Assembly: GCA_964365185.1 (NCBI GenBank)
Contig: CAYIOP010000001.1
Coordinates: forward strand, 180,579-244,578
DNA length: 64,000 nucleotides
Source of the DNA: an uncultured Candidatus Saccharibacteria bacterium
GTDB taxonomy: Bacteria > Patescibacteriota > Minisyncoccia > UBA6257 > 2-01-FULL-56-20
Direction of reading: 5' to 3'
The position numbers were made by a program, and so were the translations under genes. Within the stretch, counting starts at the first letter, position 1, and each line of letters opens with the position of its first letter. The notes below the pieces were generated by a model. It was not told the origin of the DNA. It was given only the letters and a program-made list of their open reading frames with translations, and searched no databases. Below are positions 20,008 to 29,691 of the stretch, one piece after another.

Positions 20008-20550
20008 TTAAGTCGTTGCGGTAGCTTTTTTGCCGGTTTTGCGGCGAACAACTTCGCCTTGATAACGAATACCTTTGCCTTTATATGGTTCGGGTTTTTT
20101 GAAGGCGCGAATTTTAGCGGCAGCTTGTCCGACTTTTTCTTTATCAATGCCGGTAATTGTAATCTGGTTTTTTTCCACTTTAATATCGATACCTTCGGGA
20201 GTTTCAAAATTTACCGGATGAGAAAAACCGAGCGAAAGGACAAGTTTTTTACCCTCAAGATTAGCTTTAAAGCCAATGCCTTCTATTTCCAGTACTTTTT
20301 TAAATCCGCGACTCACACCTTCCAAGGCATTTCTCACTAAAGACCACGTGGTACCTATATCGGCCCGGGCTTGTTTAGAGCTATTAGTAGTTTGAACACT
20401 GATTAAATTGTCCTGAATTTTAATTTCGACATTGGGGGAAATTTTTAATTTTCTTTCTCCATGAGATCCTTTAATTAAAATAACACCCGCATCAAGGACA
20501 GCAGTATTTCCTTTTTCAATTAAAATTGGTTTTTTAGCTAAGCGGCTCAT
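20008..20550 (-). CDS. rplF: 50S ribosomal protein L6
   Basis: Two-domain L6 sequence. Confidence 0.9.
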   Translation of the reverse strand: MSRLAKKPILIEKGNTAVLDAGVILIKGSHGERKLKISPNVEIKIQDNLISVQTTNSSKQARADIGTTWSLVRNALEGVSRGFKKVLEIEGIGFKANLEGKKLVLSLGFSHPVNFETPEGIDIKVEKNQITITGIDKEKVGQAAAKIRAFKKPEPYKGKGIRYQGEVVRRKTGKKATATT

Positions 20551-20605
20551 AAATTTAGATAGAATTTAGAAAATAGAAAGTAGAAAATGGGTTGGGTTAA
20601 TAAAT

Positions 20606-20986
20606 TTACCAGATTTCAAAAAGATATTCTCCTCCGATTTTATTTTTTCTGGCCTTACGATTATCCATAATGCCCTTGGAGGTAGATAAAATACCCAGGC
20701 CATAACCATTTTTGACTTGTTTTAACTCAAAAGAACTGACGTAGAACCTGCGCCCCGGCCGACTGAAAATTTTAAAACTACCCAGAACAGGTTTATTGTC
20801 ATGAAAAGCCAATTTCATTTCAAGAAAATTCCTGCGATTGATGACTTTTTTTTCAACATCTTTAAGATATCCTGACTTGGTTAGAACCTTGGCAATTTCA
20901 AAATCCATTTTGGAAAGGGGAAAAGTGATTGAAGTTTTTCCAGCTTGGCCGGCGTTTTTAATTTTGGACAATAAATCGTAGTACAT
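20606..20986 (-). CDS. rpsH: 30S ribosomal protein S8
   Basis: S8 family sequence (...GGEYLFEIW C-terminus). Confidence 0.9.
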   Translation of the reverse strand: MYYDLLSKIKNAGQAGKTSITFPLSKMDFEIAKVLTKSGYLKDVEKKVINRRNFLEMKLAFHDNKPVLGSFKIFSRPGRRFYVSSFELKQVKNGYGLGILSTSKGIMDNRKARKNKIGGEYLFEIW

Positions 20987-21036
20987 AAAATTTAGAAGTT
21001 AGAAAGTAGAAAATAGAAAATAAGAATTGATAATGA

Positions 21037-21222
21037 TTACCAGGAAGATTTTCTGACCCCTGGAATTTCGCCCTTTGAAGCCATTTCCCTAAAACAAATA
21101 CGGCAAATCCCGAAAGTCCTCATATAGGCTCTTTTTCGACCACACCTAAAACATCGCCGCACAATGCGAGTGCTGAACTTAGGTTTCTTTTTACTTCTTG
21201 CAACAACTGAGGTTTTAGCCAT
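21037..21222 (-). CDS. rpsN: 30S ribosomal protein S14 type Z (zinc-binding)
   Basis: 61 aa with CFRCGRK...CRIC. Confidence 0.85.
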   Translation of the reverse strand: MAKTSVVARSKKKPKFSTRIVRRCFRCGRKRAYMRTFGICRICFREMASKGEIPGVRKSSW

Positions 21223-21228
21223 AATTTA

Positions 21229-21747
21229 TTATTTTTTTAAAGGGACGCCGAGTTTACGGTAGGCCTCCAAAGCAAAAGCTCTGTCTTTAATTTTGGGCAC
21301 GATATTTATTCCAAGAGAAAATGAAATCGGAGAATGCTCGGGGTTGACCTCGGGAAAAACCAGTTGTTCTTTTAGGCCGATATTTAAAATCCCATGCTGA
21401 TCGACTGATTTAGGGTCTAAACCGTGAAAATCCCTAACTCTAGGCAAAACTATTTTAATTAAACGCTCAAAAAAATCAAACATTTTTTTTCGGCGCAAAG
21501 TCACCTGAACGCCCACGATTTGACCTTCGCGGGTTTTAAAACTGGCAATTGATTTTTTGGCCGACCTTGGCGCAGGTTTTTGGCCAGTGATGGAACTTAA
21601 GTCCTTATTAATTTGAAGCAAAGTTTTGTCCTCAAAATTTGGTTGAGTGCTTAAGCGGCCGACTCCGGCGTTAACGACAATTTTGTCAAAAACAATCCTG
21701 GGATTTAAAGATTGCTTCTCAATAAAAGAAATGGTTTTTTTATTCAT
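21229..21747 (-). CDS. rplE: 50S ribosomal protein L5
   Basis: L5 family sequence. Confidence 0.9.
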   Translation of the reverse strand: MNKKTISFIEKQSLNPRIVFDKIVVNAGVGRLSTQPNFEDKTLLQINKDLSSITGQKPAPRSAKKSIASFKTREGQIVGVQVTLRRKKMFDFFERLIKIVLPRVRDFHGLDPKSVDQHGILNIGLKEQLVFPEVNPEHSPISFSLGINIVPKIKDRAFALEAYRKLGVPLKK

Positions 21748-21750
21748 GAT

Positions 21751-22077
21751 TTAAGTTGAAATATTGCATTTTTTGCAGAATCGAACTTTATCCTGGCCTT
21801 CATGGCGGTAACCGACTCGAGTCGGTTTTTTGCAGTTTTTACAAATTAACATAACATTTGAAACCGAAAGCGGCCGAGGAACCAAAACAATTTCTCCTTT
21901 TTCGCCTTGTTTTTTGGGCCGACTTCTTTTTTTATACAGATTTAAACCGTCAATGACCACCTTGTCGTCTTTAGGGAAAACCCGAAGAACCACTCCGGTC
22001 TTCAAGCGGTCTTTACCAGAAATTATTTTAATTTGATCACCTTTTTTTATTTTCATAGTTAAAAATAAATTAGACAA
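21751..22077 (-). CDS. rplX: 50S ribosomal protein L24 (with C-terminal CxxC...CxxC zinc-ribbon-like segment)
   Basis: KOW motif KIKKGDQIKIISGKD. The C-terminal CKNCKKPTRVGYRHEGQDKVRFCKKCN aligns to the non-Cys C-terminus of E. coli L24. Confidence 0.85.
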   Translation of the reverse strand: MSNLFLTMKIKKGDQIKIISGKDRLKTGVVLRVFPKDDKVVIDGLNLYKKRSRPKKQGEKGEIVLVPRPLSVSNVMLICKNCKKPTRVGYRHEGQDKVRFCKKCNIST

Positions 22078-22438
22078 CTTCTTCGGCCATACTTATTAAT
22101 TTCTCAAAACCTTTGGCTTTAAGTTCCTTAGGTAGGGGTCCAAAAATTCTGGTGGCAACAGGTTCTTTTTTATTATCAACCACAATAACCGCATTTTCAT
22201 CAAAACGAATATAGGAACCGTCGGAACGCCTTAAGGGTTTGCGCTGTCTCACTATTAAAACTTTAACAATATCTTTCTTTTTGATATTCTTCCGAGGTTC
22301 GGCCACCTGAACAGAGGCAATGATAATATCGCCGACTTGGGCATAACGACGCCGGGTAGCGCCCAAAATTCTAAAACACCGGACTATTTTGGCACCGGAG
22401 TTATCAGCTACTTTTAAAATTGATCTTTCTTGAATCAT
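22070..22438 (-). CDS. rplN: 50S ribosomal protein L14
   Basis: L14 family sequence. Confidence 0.9.
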   Translation of the reverse strand: MIQERSILKVADNSGAKIVRCFRILGATRRRYAQVGDIIIASVQVAEPRKNIKKKDIVKVLIVRQRKPLRRSDGSYIRFDENAVIVVDNKKEPVATRIFGPLPKELKAKGFEKLISMAEEVV

Positions 22439-22450
22439 GAATTTTTAAAA

Positions 22451-22699
22451 TTAAACTTTGGCGACTATTTTCCAATGTTTTTCTTTTGACATTGGGCGAG
22501 TTTCTTCGATGACGACTTTATCTCCGGATTTATATTCGTTGTTTTCGTCGTGAGCCTTAAATTTGGCGGTGACTTTGTAATATCTTAAATATTTCGGATG
22601 TTTTTTAAAACGATAAACAGCCACCACTCTGGTTTTAGTCATTTTGTCGCTTAAAACAACGCCAATGAGTTTTCTTTTTTTATCGGTCTTGGTATTCAT
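22451..22699 (-). CDS. rpsQ: 30S ribosomal protein S17
   Basis: S17 family sequence. Confidence 0.85.
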   Translation of the reverse strand: MNTKTDKKRKLIGVVLSDKMTKTRVVAVYRFKKHPKYLRYYKVTAKFKAHDENNEYKSGDKVVIEETRPMSKEKHWKIVAKV

Positions 22700-22702
22700 A
22701 AT

Positions 22703-22894
22703 TTATTTTTGGTTGGAAAAAGTAAGAATTCTGGCAATTAATTTTTTAATTTTCCTAAGTTCCGTAACATTTTTAACTTTACCGGCCGCTAAATCGAATT
22801 TTAGACTTCTTAGTTTATCGCGATTTTCTTGAAGAAGTTTAAAAAGTTCGCCTTCGGATTTATTTTTTAATTCTTTAATTTCTGAATTTTTCAT
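22703..22894 (-). CDS. rpmC: 50S ribosomal protein L29
   Basis: 63-aa helical L29-like protein. Confidence 0.8.
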   Translation of the reverse strand: MKNSEIKELKNKSEGELFKLLQENRDKLRSLKFDLAAGKVKNVTELRKIKKLIARILTFSNQK

Positions 22895-22905
22895 AAAACT
22901 ATTTA

Positions 22906-23316
22906 TTATTTTGAGATGACTCGGGTCTTAAAAGGCATTTTATAACCGGCCAATTTTAAGGCCTCGTGGGCTATTTCTCGACTGACGCCATCTAGTTCAA
23001 AAATAATTCGACCGGGCCTAACCGGAAAAACATAGTGGTCAACCGTGCCTTTGCCGCCGCCTAAGGTTGACTCAGGCGGACGCTTAGTAATGGGCTTATC
23101 GGGAAAAACTCTAACCCAAAGCCGACCTTGGCGTTTAATAAAATTAGTAATCACTCGGCGACCAGATTCAATCTGACGCGAATTAAGCCAAGCCGAACCA
23201 AGCGCCTTTAGACCGTACTGACCATAATTTAAAACCAGACCGCGAGTTTCAACCTGGCGCGATTTTGATCTGCCTTTTTGCCATTTTCTATGTTTTACTT
23301 TTTTAGGAATTAACAT
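22906..23316 (-). CDS. rplP: 50S ribosomal protein L16
   Basis: L16 family sequence. Confidence 0.9.
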   Translation of the reverse strand: MLIPKKVKHRKWQKGRSKSRQVETRGLVLNYGQYGLKALGSAWLNSRQIESGRRVITNFIKRQGRLWVRVFPDKPITKRPPESTLGGGKGTVDHYVFPVRPGRIIFELDGVSREIAHEALKLAGYKMPFKTRVISK

Positions 23317-23318
23317 GG

Positions 23319-24020
23319 CTATTTATTTTCTGGGCTATTTATCTTCTTGTTTTTATTCGAGGCCTTTTCATTGAAAATTTCACCTTTATAAATCCAAACC
23401 TTAATGCCAATGGTGCCATAAGTGGTAAAGGCGGTGGCCCCACCATAATCAATATCAGCTCGCAGAGTTTGAAGAGGAAGCATGCCCCTTTTTAACCATT
23501 CCCGTCTGGCGATTTCAGCTCCGCCCAATCGGCCTGAGAGAAGAATTTTTGCGCCTTTCGCATCTCGATTTTGCATTACTTGATCTAAATATTTTTTAAT
23601 AGCCCGGCGGAATGGCAATCTTTTTTCTAAATCCCAACCAACTTGCTGAGCAATATAAACAGCGGAAATTTCACTTCTCTTAAGCTCTTCAACGTTGACG
23701 CTTAAACTAATTCGATTTTTATCTTGGCGAAGTTTAGAAAGAGCCAATTCTATTTCTTTAGTTAAGTCCTCAATCCCCTTTCCTCCTCGGCCGATGACCA
23801 ACCCGGGTCTCGCCGCTTTAATAGTGACACGAAGATTATTGCTGGTTCGCTCTATCTCAATCGCCACGATACCAGCTAAACTAATCTTTTTTTTGATAAT
23901 CCGGCGAATAGTTTCATCCTCTTCTAAGTATTTTTTATAGGCGCTTTTAATAAACCAACGGCTCATCCAGCCTTGAGTTATGCCTAACCTAAATGATTGA
24001 GGATTAATTTTTTGACCCAT
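23319..24020 (-). CDS. rpsC: 30S ribosomal protein S3
   Basis: KH domain and S3 C-terminal domain. Confidence 0.9.
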   Translation of the reverse strand: MGQKINPQSFRLGITQGWMSRWFIKSAYKKYLEEDETIRRIIKKKISLAGIVAIEIERTSNNLRVTIKAARPGLVIGRGGKGIEDLTKEIELALSKLRQDKNRISLSVNVEELKRSEISAVYIAQQVGWDLEKRLPFRRAIKKYLDQVMQNRDAKGAKILLSGRLGGAEIARREWLKRGMLPLQTLRADIDYGGATAFTTYGTIGIKVWIYKGEIFNEKASNKNKKINSPENK

Positions 24021-24028
24021 ATTATTTC

Positions 24029-24553
24029 TTATTGACCGGGATTAGCTTTACGCCGGAAAATTCTTTGAAGGACGCTTGATTTTTTATGAGGCGCGACTTT
24101 TTTGGTTTCAACAACTTCCTTTTCTTTGGATTTTGTTTTTTGTGGTTTCTTGGTGCCGCCCTCGGGAAGTTTAATTTTCTTTTTGACTTCGATTTTGAAA
24201 CGGGGCAACCTAATTTTTTCGCTCTCGGAAAGAATCAGAGTGATATGACTCATCTTTTTTTGAATTGGGGTGGCCATGCCTCTGGCTCTGGGTAGATATC
24301 GCTTTAACATCGGACCCTGATCAACTCGAATTTCTTTAATGACCAGCTTGTCGGGATTTAAATGTTTGTTATTTTTAGCATTGGCTACACCTGAATGCAA
24401 TAGTTTTAAAATAGCTCGAGCCGCGCGACGCCTTTCAACTAAAAGCTGGGCAATGGCATCGTTGACCGATAGATTCTTAATAAGACCGGCAATTAACCGA
24501 ACCTTTCGGGGCGCTATTTTTAAATAATTTAATTTTGTGATTTGGTCGGCCAT
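24029..24553 (-). CDS. rplV: 50S ribosomal protein L22 (with a Lys-rich C-terminal extension)
   Basis: L22 family core followed by a ~60-aa basic tail. Confidence 0.85.
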   Translation of the reverse strand: MADQITKLNYLKIAPRKVRLIAGLIKNLSVNDAIAQLLVERRRAARAILKLLHSGVANAKNNKHLNPDKLVIKEIRVDQGPMLKRYLPRARGMATPIQKKMSHITLILSESEKIRLPRFKIEVKKKIKLPEGGTKKPQKTKSKEKEVVETKKVAPHKKSSVLQRIFRRKANPGQ

Positions 24554-24565
24554 AAATTTATATTT

Positions 24566-24898
24566 TTATTTTTTAGCTTTAGTCGAAGCATTAGGAGCGG
24601 GCTTCGCCGGAGTGGTGGATTTTTGTTCCAGTTCTTTTTGTATTTTACCGCCATGCCTCAAAAATTTTTTCGTGGGCGAAAATTCGCCTAAACGATGACC
24701 AACCATATCTTCGCTAATTTTTACAGAAATAAAAGTTTTTCCGTTGTGCACAGCAAAAGTATAACCCACCATTTCCGGCGATATTTCAGATGACCGAGAC
24801 CAAGTTTTAATAACCGCATCGGCTTCCGGTTTTATTTTAGAAATTTTCTTTAAAAGATTTGGATCCACAAAAGGACCTTTTTTAATTGAGCGGCTCAT
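24566..24898 (-). CDS. rpsS: 30S ribosomal protein S19
   Basis: S19 family sequence with a short basic C-terminal extension. Confidence 0.9.
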   Translation of the reverse strand: MSRSIKKGPFVDPNLLKKISKIKPEADAVIKTWSRSSEISPEMVGYTFAVHNGKTFISVKISEDMVGHRLGEFSPTKKFLRHGGKIQKELEQKSTTPAKPAPNASTKAKK

Positions 24899-24943
24899 AT
24901 TTAAATAGAATTTAGGATTTAGGATATAAAATCGATTTGGGAA

Positions 24944-25780
24944 TTATTTTCGGGTTTTCTTGGGTCTACGGGAAAGAATTAATTTATTCGACCATTTTTT
25001 CGGATTCCTGGTTTTATGGCCACCAGTTATCTTACCCCATAAAGTTTTGGGTCGCCGTAATCCTCGCTTGCTCCTGCCTTCACCGCCGCCATAGGGATGA
25101 TCAACAGGATTCATAGCTGAACCGCGAACAGTGGGACGAATACCGAGCCAGCGAGAACGTCCGGCTTTACCGATAGTAATCAAATTATATTCGGGATTAG
25201 AAACCTGGCCTAAAGAAGCATACCCTTCCCAAGGAACACGGCGAACCTCTCCAGAAGATAGTTTTAAATCGGTATAGCCGCCAGATTGAGCAAGAATTTC
25301 AACAGAAGAACCAGCGGAACGGGCCAATTTAGCTCCGCTTTGGGGTTTTAGCTCAACGTTAAAAATCTGATAGCCAACAGGAATATTCTTAAGCTTAAGA
25401 CGGTTACCTTTTTTTAATGGAGCTTGCTCAGCAGAAATTAAAGTGTCCCCAATTTTAATTCCATCCCAAGCTAAAACATAAGATTCTTTTCCATCTTGAT
25501 AAGTTATAAGGGCAATAAAAGCGGTTCGGTAGGGATCATATTCAAGAGTTTTGACCGTGGCCGGAACATCTAAGTGTGTTTGTTTAAAGTCAATTAGGCG
25601 ATAAAGTTTTTTGTGCCCTCCGCCTTGATGCCGAACAGTAATCCGACCTTGAGAATTTCTGCCGGCGTGGCTTTTAAGGCGCACCAAAAGCGACTTCTTA
25701 GGCTCAACTTTAGAAAGATGAGAGTAGGTTACAGAAGTCATATGCCTTCTTGATGGTGTTGTGGGATTATATTTTTTCAT
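24944..25780 (-). CDS. rplB: 50S ribosomal protein L2
   Basis: L2 family sequence. Confidence 0.9.
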   Translation of the reverse strand: MKKYNPTTPSRRHMTSVTYSHLSKVEPKKSLLVRLKSHAGRNSQGRITVRHQGGGHKKLYRLIDFKQTHLDVPATVKTLEYDPYRTAFIALITYQDGKESYVLAWDGIKIGDTLISAEQAPLKKGNRLKLKNIPVGYQIFNVELKPQSGAKLARSAGSSVEILAQSGGYTDLKLSSGEVRRVPWEGYASLGQVSNPEYNLITIGKAGRSRWLGIRPTVRGSAMNPVDHPYGGGEGRSKRGLRRPKTLWGKITGGHKTRNPKKWSNKLILSRRPKKTRK

Positions 25781-25781
25781 A

Positions 25782-26057
25782 TTACTTAACTAAATCAATT
25801 TTCTGACCCTTTTTTACCGTGACGATGGCTTTTTTAAAACCAGAACTCTCGCTTTTTATATTTCGGAATTTCTTGGGTTTAGAACTTTGATTGATAATAT
25901 TAACTTGGACCGCATCAACTTTATAGAGAGCTTTAATAGCTTTTTTAACTTCGTTTTTAGTTGAATTTTTATCAACCATAAAAACATACTTTCCGCTTTC
26001 AGAAAGAATTCCTGATTTTTCAGTGAAAAAAGGTTTTTTAATTAAATCTGAATTCAT
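25782..26057 (-). CDS. rplW: 50S ribosomal protein L23
   Basis: L23 family sequence. Confidence 0.85.
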   Translation of the reverse strand: MNSDLIKKPFFTEKSGILSESGKYVFMVDKNSTKNEVKKAIKALYKVDAVQVNIINQSSKPKKFRNIKSESSGFKKAIVTVKKGQKIDLVK

Positions 26058-26701
26058 GATTTTTGATACTGGCGAGTAATAATTTCCACAGCAGGTTGTT
26101 CAATAAAAATTTGATGATAATTTAAAAGGTCGTAGGTATTTAAAGAATTGGATCCTAAAACTTTAATTTTGGGCAGATTACGCGCAATTCGGCCTAAATT
26201 TTTATTTTCTGGAGATGGGATAATAAGCAGATCAAATTTTTTGGAATTTTTGTTTAGACCTAAAATGAATTTTAGTGTTTGAGCGACGATTTTAGTTTTT
26301 TTGGGTTCAAAATCAAAATTATTAAATATTTTTATTTGGTTATCTTTTAATTTTTTGGAAAGAACGGTTTTGACCGCTAAGCTTTTCATTTTCTTGTTAA
26401 CTTTCTGCTCATAATTTCTTTCTTTACTTGGGCCATGAGCTTTGCCGCCGCCAATCCAAATTGGAGAACGAATAGAGCCGTGTCTGGCCCTACCAGTGCC
26501 TTTTTGACGCCACGGCTTGCGGCCACCACCTCTCACTTCACCTCTGCCTTTAGCGTGGGCAATCGGCGTGCGACGGTTGGCAAGTTGAGCAACTAAAATC
26601 TGGTGAATTAAACTGGCATTCCACTTAACTTTAAAAATGGAATCGTTAAGTTCAATGGATTGAACTTTTTCGTTTTTTAAATTATAGACATCAGCGTTCA
26701 T
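26054..26701 (-). CDS. rplD: 50S ribosomal protein L4
   Basis: L4 family sequence. It overlaps rplW by 4 nt. Confidence 0.85.
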   Translation of the reverse strand: MNADVYNLKNEKVQSIELNDSIFKVKWNASLIHQILVAQLANRRTPIAHAKGRGEVRGGGRKPWRQKGTGRARHGSIRSPIWIGGGKAHGPSKERNYEQKVNKKMKSLAVKTVLSKKLKDNQIKIFNNFDFEPKKTKIVAQTLKFILGLNKNSKKFDLLIIPSPENKNLGRIARNLPKIKVLGSNSLNTYDLLNYHQIFIEQPAVEIITRQYQKS

Positions 26702-26748
26702 GTTTTTAGGATATAGAATAGAGGATTTAGAATATAGGATTATTAGAT

Positions 26749-27303
26749 TTAGGATTTTTTCATTTTGGAAATTTCGAGCAAGTTGCCTTTTGAGCCAGGA
26801 ACAGCGCCTCTTACGAAAAGAAGATTATTTTCTTTATCAATTTTAGCCACTTTTAAATTAATCACCGTAACCCGATCGGTTCCCATGTGGCCGGCCATTT
26901 TTCTTCCGGGAACAACTCTTTGGAAAGCAGTGCTACCAATAGAGCCGGGGGCGCGATGACGATTTTTCTGGCCATGAGTTTTAGGCCCGCCTCCAAAACC
27001 GTGACGCTTCACGACTCCTTGAAATCCCCTGCCTTTTGATATGCCGCTCACTCTTACTAAATCGCCTTCGGAAAAAGCGGAAACATTGATTGAATCCTGA
27101 AATTTTAAGTCCAAATTCATCCTTTCAGTTCTGAATTCTTTTTTGTTTTTGCCCAAAGACAACTGAACGGCTTCGTAATTATGTTTATCTTTGGTTTTAA
27201 TTATGGAGACAAGATTGGGCTCGGCTTTAATAACCGTAACCGGAGTCACTTTGTCGCCTTCCCAGATTTGATCCATTTTTATTTTTTTGCCGAGAATAAA
27301 CAT
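26749..27303 (-). CDS. rplC: 50S ribosomal protein L3
   Basis: L3 family sequence. Repeat copy B lies 20 nt upstream of its ATG. Confidence 0.9.
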   Translation of the reverse strand: MFILGKKIKMDQIWEGDKVTPVTVIKAEPNLVSIIKTKDKHNYEAVQLSLGKNKKEFRTERMNLDLKFQDSINVSAFSEGDLVRVSGISKGRGFQGVVKRHGFGGGPKTHGQKNRHRAPGSIGSTAFQRVVPGRKMAGHMGTDRVTVINLKVAKIDKENNLLFVRGAVPGSKGNLLEISKMKKS

Positions 27304-27321
27304 ATTGATAAAATTTCAATT

Positions 27322-27355
27322 ATTCCGCCGGAGGCGGATCCGCTTTTGGCGGACA
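27322..27355 (+). repeat. Dispersed triple-palindrome repeat, copy B
   Basis: ATTCCGCCGGAGGCGGATCCGCTTTTGGCGGACA. Confidence 0.7.
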
Positions 27356-27371
27356 ATTTAGGAATTGCGAT

Positions 27372-27401
27372 TTAAAAAAACCGAGGTTAAATCTGGCCTC
27401 G
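27372..27401 (-). terminator. Intrinsic terminator in the rpsJ-rplC spacer
   Basis: On the minus strand, CCGAGGCCAGATTTAACCTCGG is followed by TTTTTTT. Confidence 0.55.
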
Positions 27402-27589
27402 GCAATTTACCTTATTTGAGAAATCAAAATGGAATCAGATTGGCCGGGTGAAATTTTTTTTGAGTTGCTTCATAAAAAAATAAGGCCCTCCCTAATCAAC
27501 ATTCCCCCTAAGGTAAATCGCAAAACCTATGGGGGTTATTCTACATTATAGAAATAAGGTTGTCCAGAGGAGAAAGGGAGATTTAGATG

Positions 27590-27634
27590 CCACTAAAAAA
27601 CCCAGATTTTACGGGGTTTTTTAGTGGTTTTAAG
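27590..27634 (-). terminator. Terminator-like hairpin immediately after the rpsJ stop
   Basis: On the minus strand, CCACTAAAAAACCC-cgtaaaatct-GGGTTTTTTAGTGG forms a 14-bp A/U-rich stem. Confidence 0.45.
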
Positions 27635-27644
27635 TCTACCGACT

Positions 27645-27977
27645 TTACATCATTTTAATTTCAATGTCCACGCCGGCTGGCAGATTTAAATTACTTAACG
27701 ATTCAATGATTTTTTGGCTGGGATTCAAGATATCAATCATCCGCTTGTGAATCCGAAGCTCAAACTGCTCTCTTGAGTCCTTATGGACAAAAGTTGAGCG
27801 ATTGACGGTATATTTCTTGATTTCTGTTGGCAAGGGAATAGGACCGATCATCTTGGCATCTTGGCGAGAAGCGGTGTCGATAATTTGTTTTAAGGAATTA
27901 TCGACTAATTTATGATCATAGCCGCGGATCCTGAGCCGCAGCTTCTGAGCTATTTCGATTTCTTTCTTTTTGGCCAT
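27645..27977 (-). CDS. rpsJ: 30S ribosomal protein S10
   Basis: S10 family sequence. Confidence 0.9.
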   Translation of the reverse strand: MAKKKEIEIAQKLRLRIRGYDHKLVDNSLKQIIDTASRQDAKMIGPIPLPTEIKKYTVNRSTFVHKDSREQFELRIHKRMIDILNPSQKIIESLSNLNLPAGVDIEIKMM

Positions 27978-28077
27978 TGGGATTAGGTTTTAGGTTATAG
28001 ATGTTAAGTTATAGAGAAATGAATCTAAAAATAGAATTTAAAAGAACCAATCACTTCTAAAACCTGAAACCTATCTC

Positions 28078-29274
28078 CTATTTCAAGATTTTGGTCACCA
28101 CGCCAGCTCCAACTGTTTTACCTCCCTCTCTAATTGCAAATCGCTGCTTTTCCTCAAGAGCAACTGGAGCAATAAGTTTAACGACTAACTTGATAGTGTC
28201 TCCAGGCATCACCATTTCAGTGCCTTCGGGCAAAGTGACTTCTCCGGTGACATCAGTGGTGCGAATATAAAACTGGGGCTTATATCCTTTAAAGAAAGGA
28301 GTGTGACGCCCACCTTCTTCTTTGCTTAAAATGTAAACTTCGGCATCAAATTCAGTATGAGGATTGACGGCTCCAGGTTTAGTAATAACCTGACCTCTCT
28401 CTACATCTTCTTTCTTTAATCCCCTAAGCAGAATACCGACGTTGTCACCAGCTAAACCTTCGTCAAGAAGTTTATTGAACATTTCAATGCCCGTAACCAC
28501 GGTTTTTTGAGTAGGCCTTAAACCAACAATTTCAATTTCTTCATTGACTTTAACCCGACCTCTTTCAGCTCGGCCCGTAACTACCGTGCCTCTTCCCTCA
28601 ATCGAGAAAATATCTTCAATCGGCATCAAAAATGGCTTATCTAATTCTCGGACTGGTTCTGGAATGTATTCATCAAGAGCTTTGATAAGCTCCACGATTG
28701 GTTTGGCAGCCTCATCATCAGCAGACGTAGCTTCCAAGGCCTTAAGAGCTGAACCGCGAATAATCGGGGTGGTGTCGCCAGGAAATTCATACTTTTTCAA
28801 AAGCTCCCTAATTTCTGATTCGACAAGATCAATTAATTCTGGGTCATCAACCTGATCGATTTTATTAATAAAAACAACGATCGCCGGAACACCCACCTGT
28901 CTGGCTAAAAGAATGTGTTCCCTAGTTTGAGGCATAGGGCCGTCGGTCGCGGCAACCACCAGAATCGCGCCGTCCATCTGAGCAGCGCCAGTAATCATAT
29001 TTTTAATATAGTCAGCATGCCCCGGAGCATCAATGTGGGCGTAGTGTCTTTTTTCGGATTCATATTCCGAATGATGAAGAGCAATCGTAATTCCACGAGC
29101 TTTTTCTTCTGGGGCGTTATCAATTTGATCGACTGTTTCAACTCGGCTTTTAAAACCCTTAAGGTTTAAAACTTTGGTGATAGCGGCAGTTAAAGTGGTT
29201 TTGCCGTGGTCAACGTGACCAATAGTGCCGACATTGACGTGGGGTTTAGAACGCTCAAAAACTTCTTTAGCCAT
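28078..29274 (-). CDS. tuf: Elongation factor Tu
   Basis: GHVDHGKTT and the other G-motifs. 398 aa. Confidence 0.95.
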   Translation of the reverse strand: MAKEVFERSKPHVNVGTIGHVDHGKTTLTAAITKVLNLKGFKSRVETVDQIDNAPEEKARGITIALHHSEYESEKRHYAHIDAPGHADYIKNMITGAAQMDGAILVVAATDGPMPQTREHILLARQVGVPAIVVFINKIDQVDDPELIDLVESEIRELLKKYEFPGDTTPIIRGSALKALEATSADDEAAKPIVELIKALDEYIPEPVRELDKPFLMPIEDIFSIEGRGTVVTGRAERGRVKVNEEIEIVGLRPTQKTVVTGIEMFNKLLDEGLAGDNVGILLRGLKKEDVERGQVITKPGAVNPHTEFDAEVYILSKEEGGRHTPFFKGYKPQFYIRTTDVTGEVTLPEGTEMVMPGDTIKLVVKLIAPVALEEKQRFAIREGGKTVGAGVVTKILK

Positions 29275-29281
29275 TTAATTA

Positions 29282-29316
29282 GGTGTTAGGTTATAGGTGT
29301 TAGGTTATAGGATGAT
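29282..29316. repeat. Tandem 14-mer AGGTGTTAGGTTAT x ~2.3
   Basis: AGGTGTTAGGTTATAGGTGTTAGGTTATAGG immediately upstream of the tuf start. Confidence 0.6.
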
Positions 29317-29414
29317 TTGTCGATTTTGCTAATTAATTTTCTAAAAACTATAAACTATTACCTGCAACCTGTTTTTCTTTTTCGACTATTTTTTTAATAA
29401 TTTTATAACAAGAT

Positions 29415-29442
29415 TAAGTATAGCTGGACTTAAATAATTGTC
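29415..29442 (-). promoter_or_regulatory. Candidate sigma70 promoter for tuf
   Basis: On the minus strand: TTGACA-16 nt-TATACT, ~140 nt upstream of the tuf ATG. Confidence 0.4.
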
Positions 29443-29460
29443 AACTAGCGATAGTATTTT

Positions 29461-29509
29461 TCTAAAAATACAGATAGAAACTACATTAAAATGTTGTTTC
29501 TATCTGTAT
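29461..29509 (-). terminator. Intrinsic terminator after the small Cys-rich ORF
   Basis: Perfect 14-bp stem ATACAGATAGAAAC/GTTTCTATCTGTAT with a 14-nt loop, followed on the minus strand by TTTTTAGA. Confidence 0.6.
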
Positions 29510-29526
29510 GCCGCAAAGAAAAATGT

Positions 29527-29691
29527 TAAGTGTATTCTTTGACGTATATAACACAATCATCTTTGCAGTTATCTCCACAGCAAGGAAGAGTGTAAGTTTC
29601 TCTTCTCCCTGCTCTTGAGATATGGATTGTTGTTGTCTTCGATGTTTTACGCCAACAACCTAAACATTTTTGAGAACGTTTTTTGGACATC
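29527..29691 (-). CDS. Small basic Cys-rich protein (54 aa), unknown function
   Basis: Hand translation gives MSKKRSQKCLGCWRKTSKTTTIHISRAGRRETYTLPCCGDNCKDDCVIYVKEYT*. A strong SD GGAGGT lies 5 nt upstream. It has its own terminator. It was not in the ORF track. Confidence 0.5.

Noticed and set aside
14770-24527. Numerous 60-100-aa ORFs antisense to or overlapping r-protein, greA, tuf and fusA genes (e.g. 14770..15066, 19307..19567, 20059..20340, 23695..23940, 28544..28855, 30372..30617)
   Set aside because: They lie entirely inside well-supported genes on the opposite strand or in another frame. Compositional artefacts.
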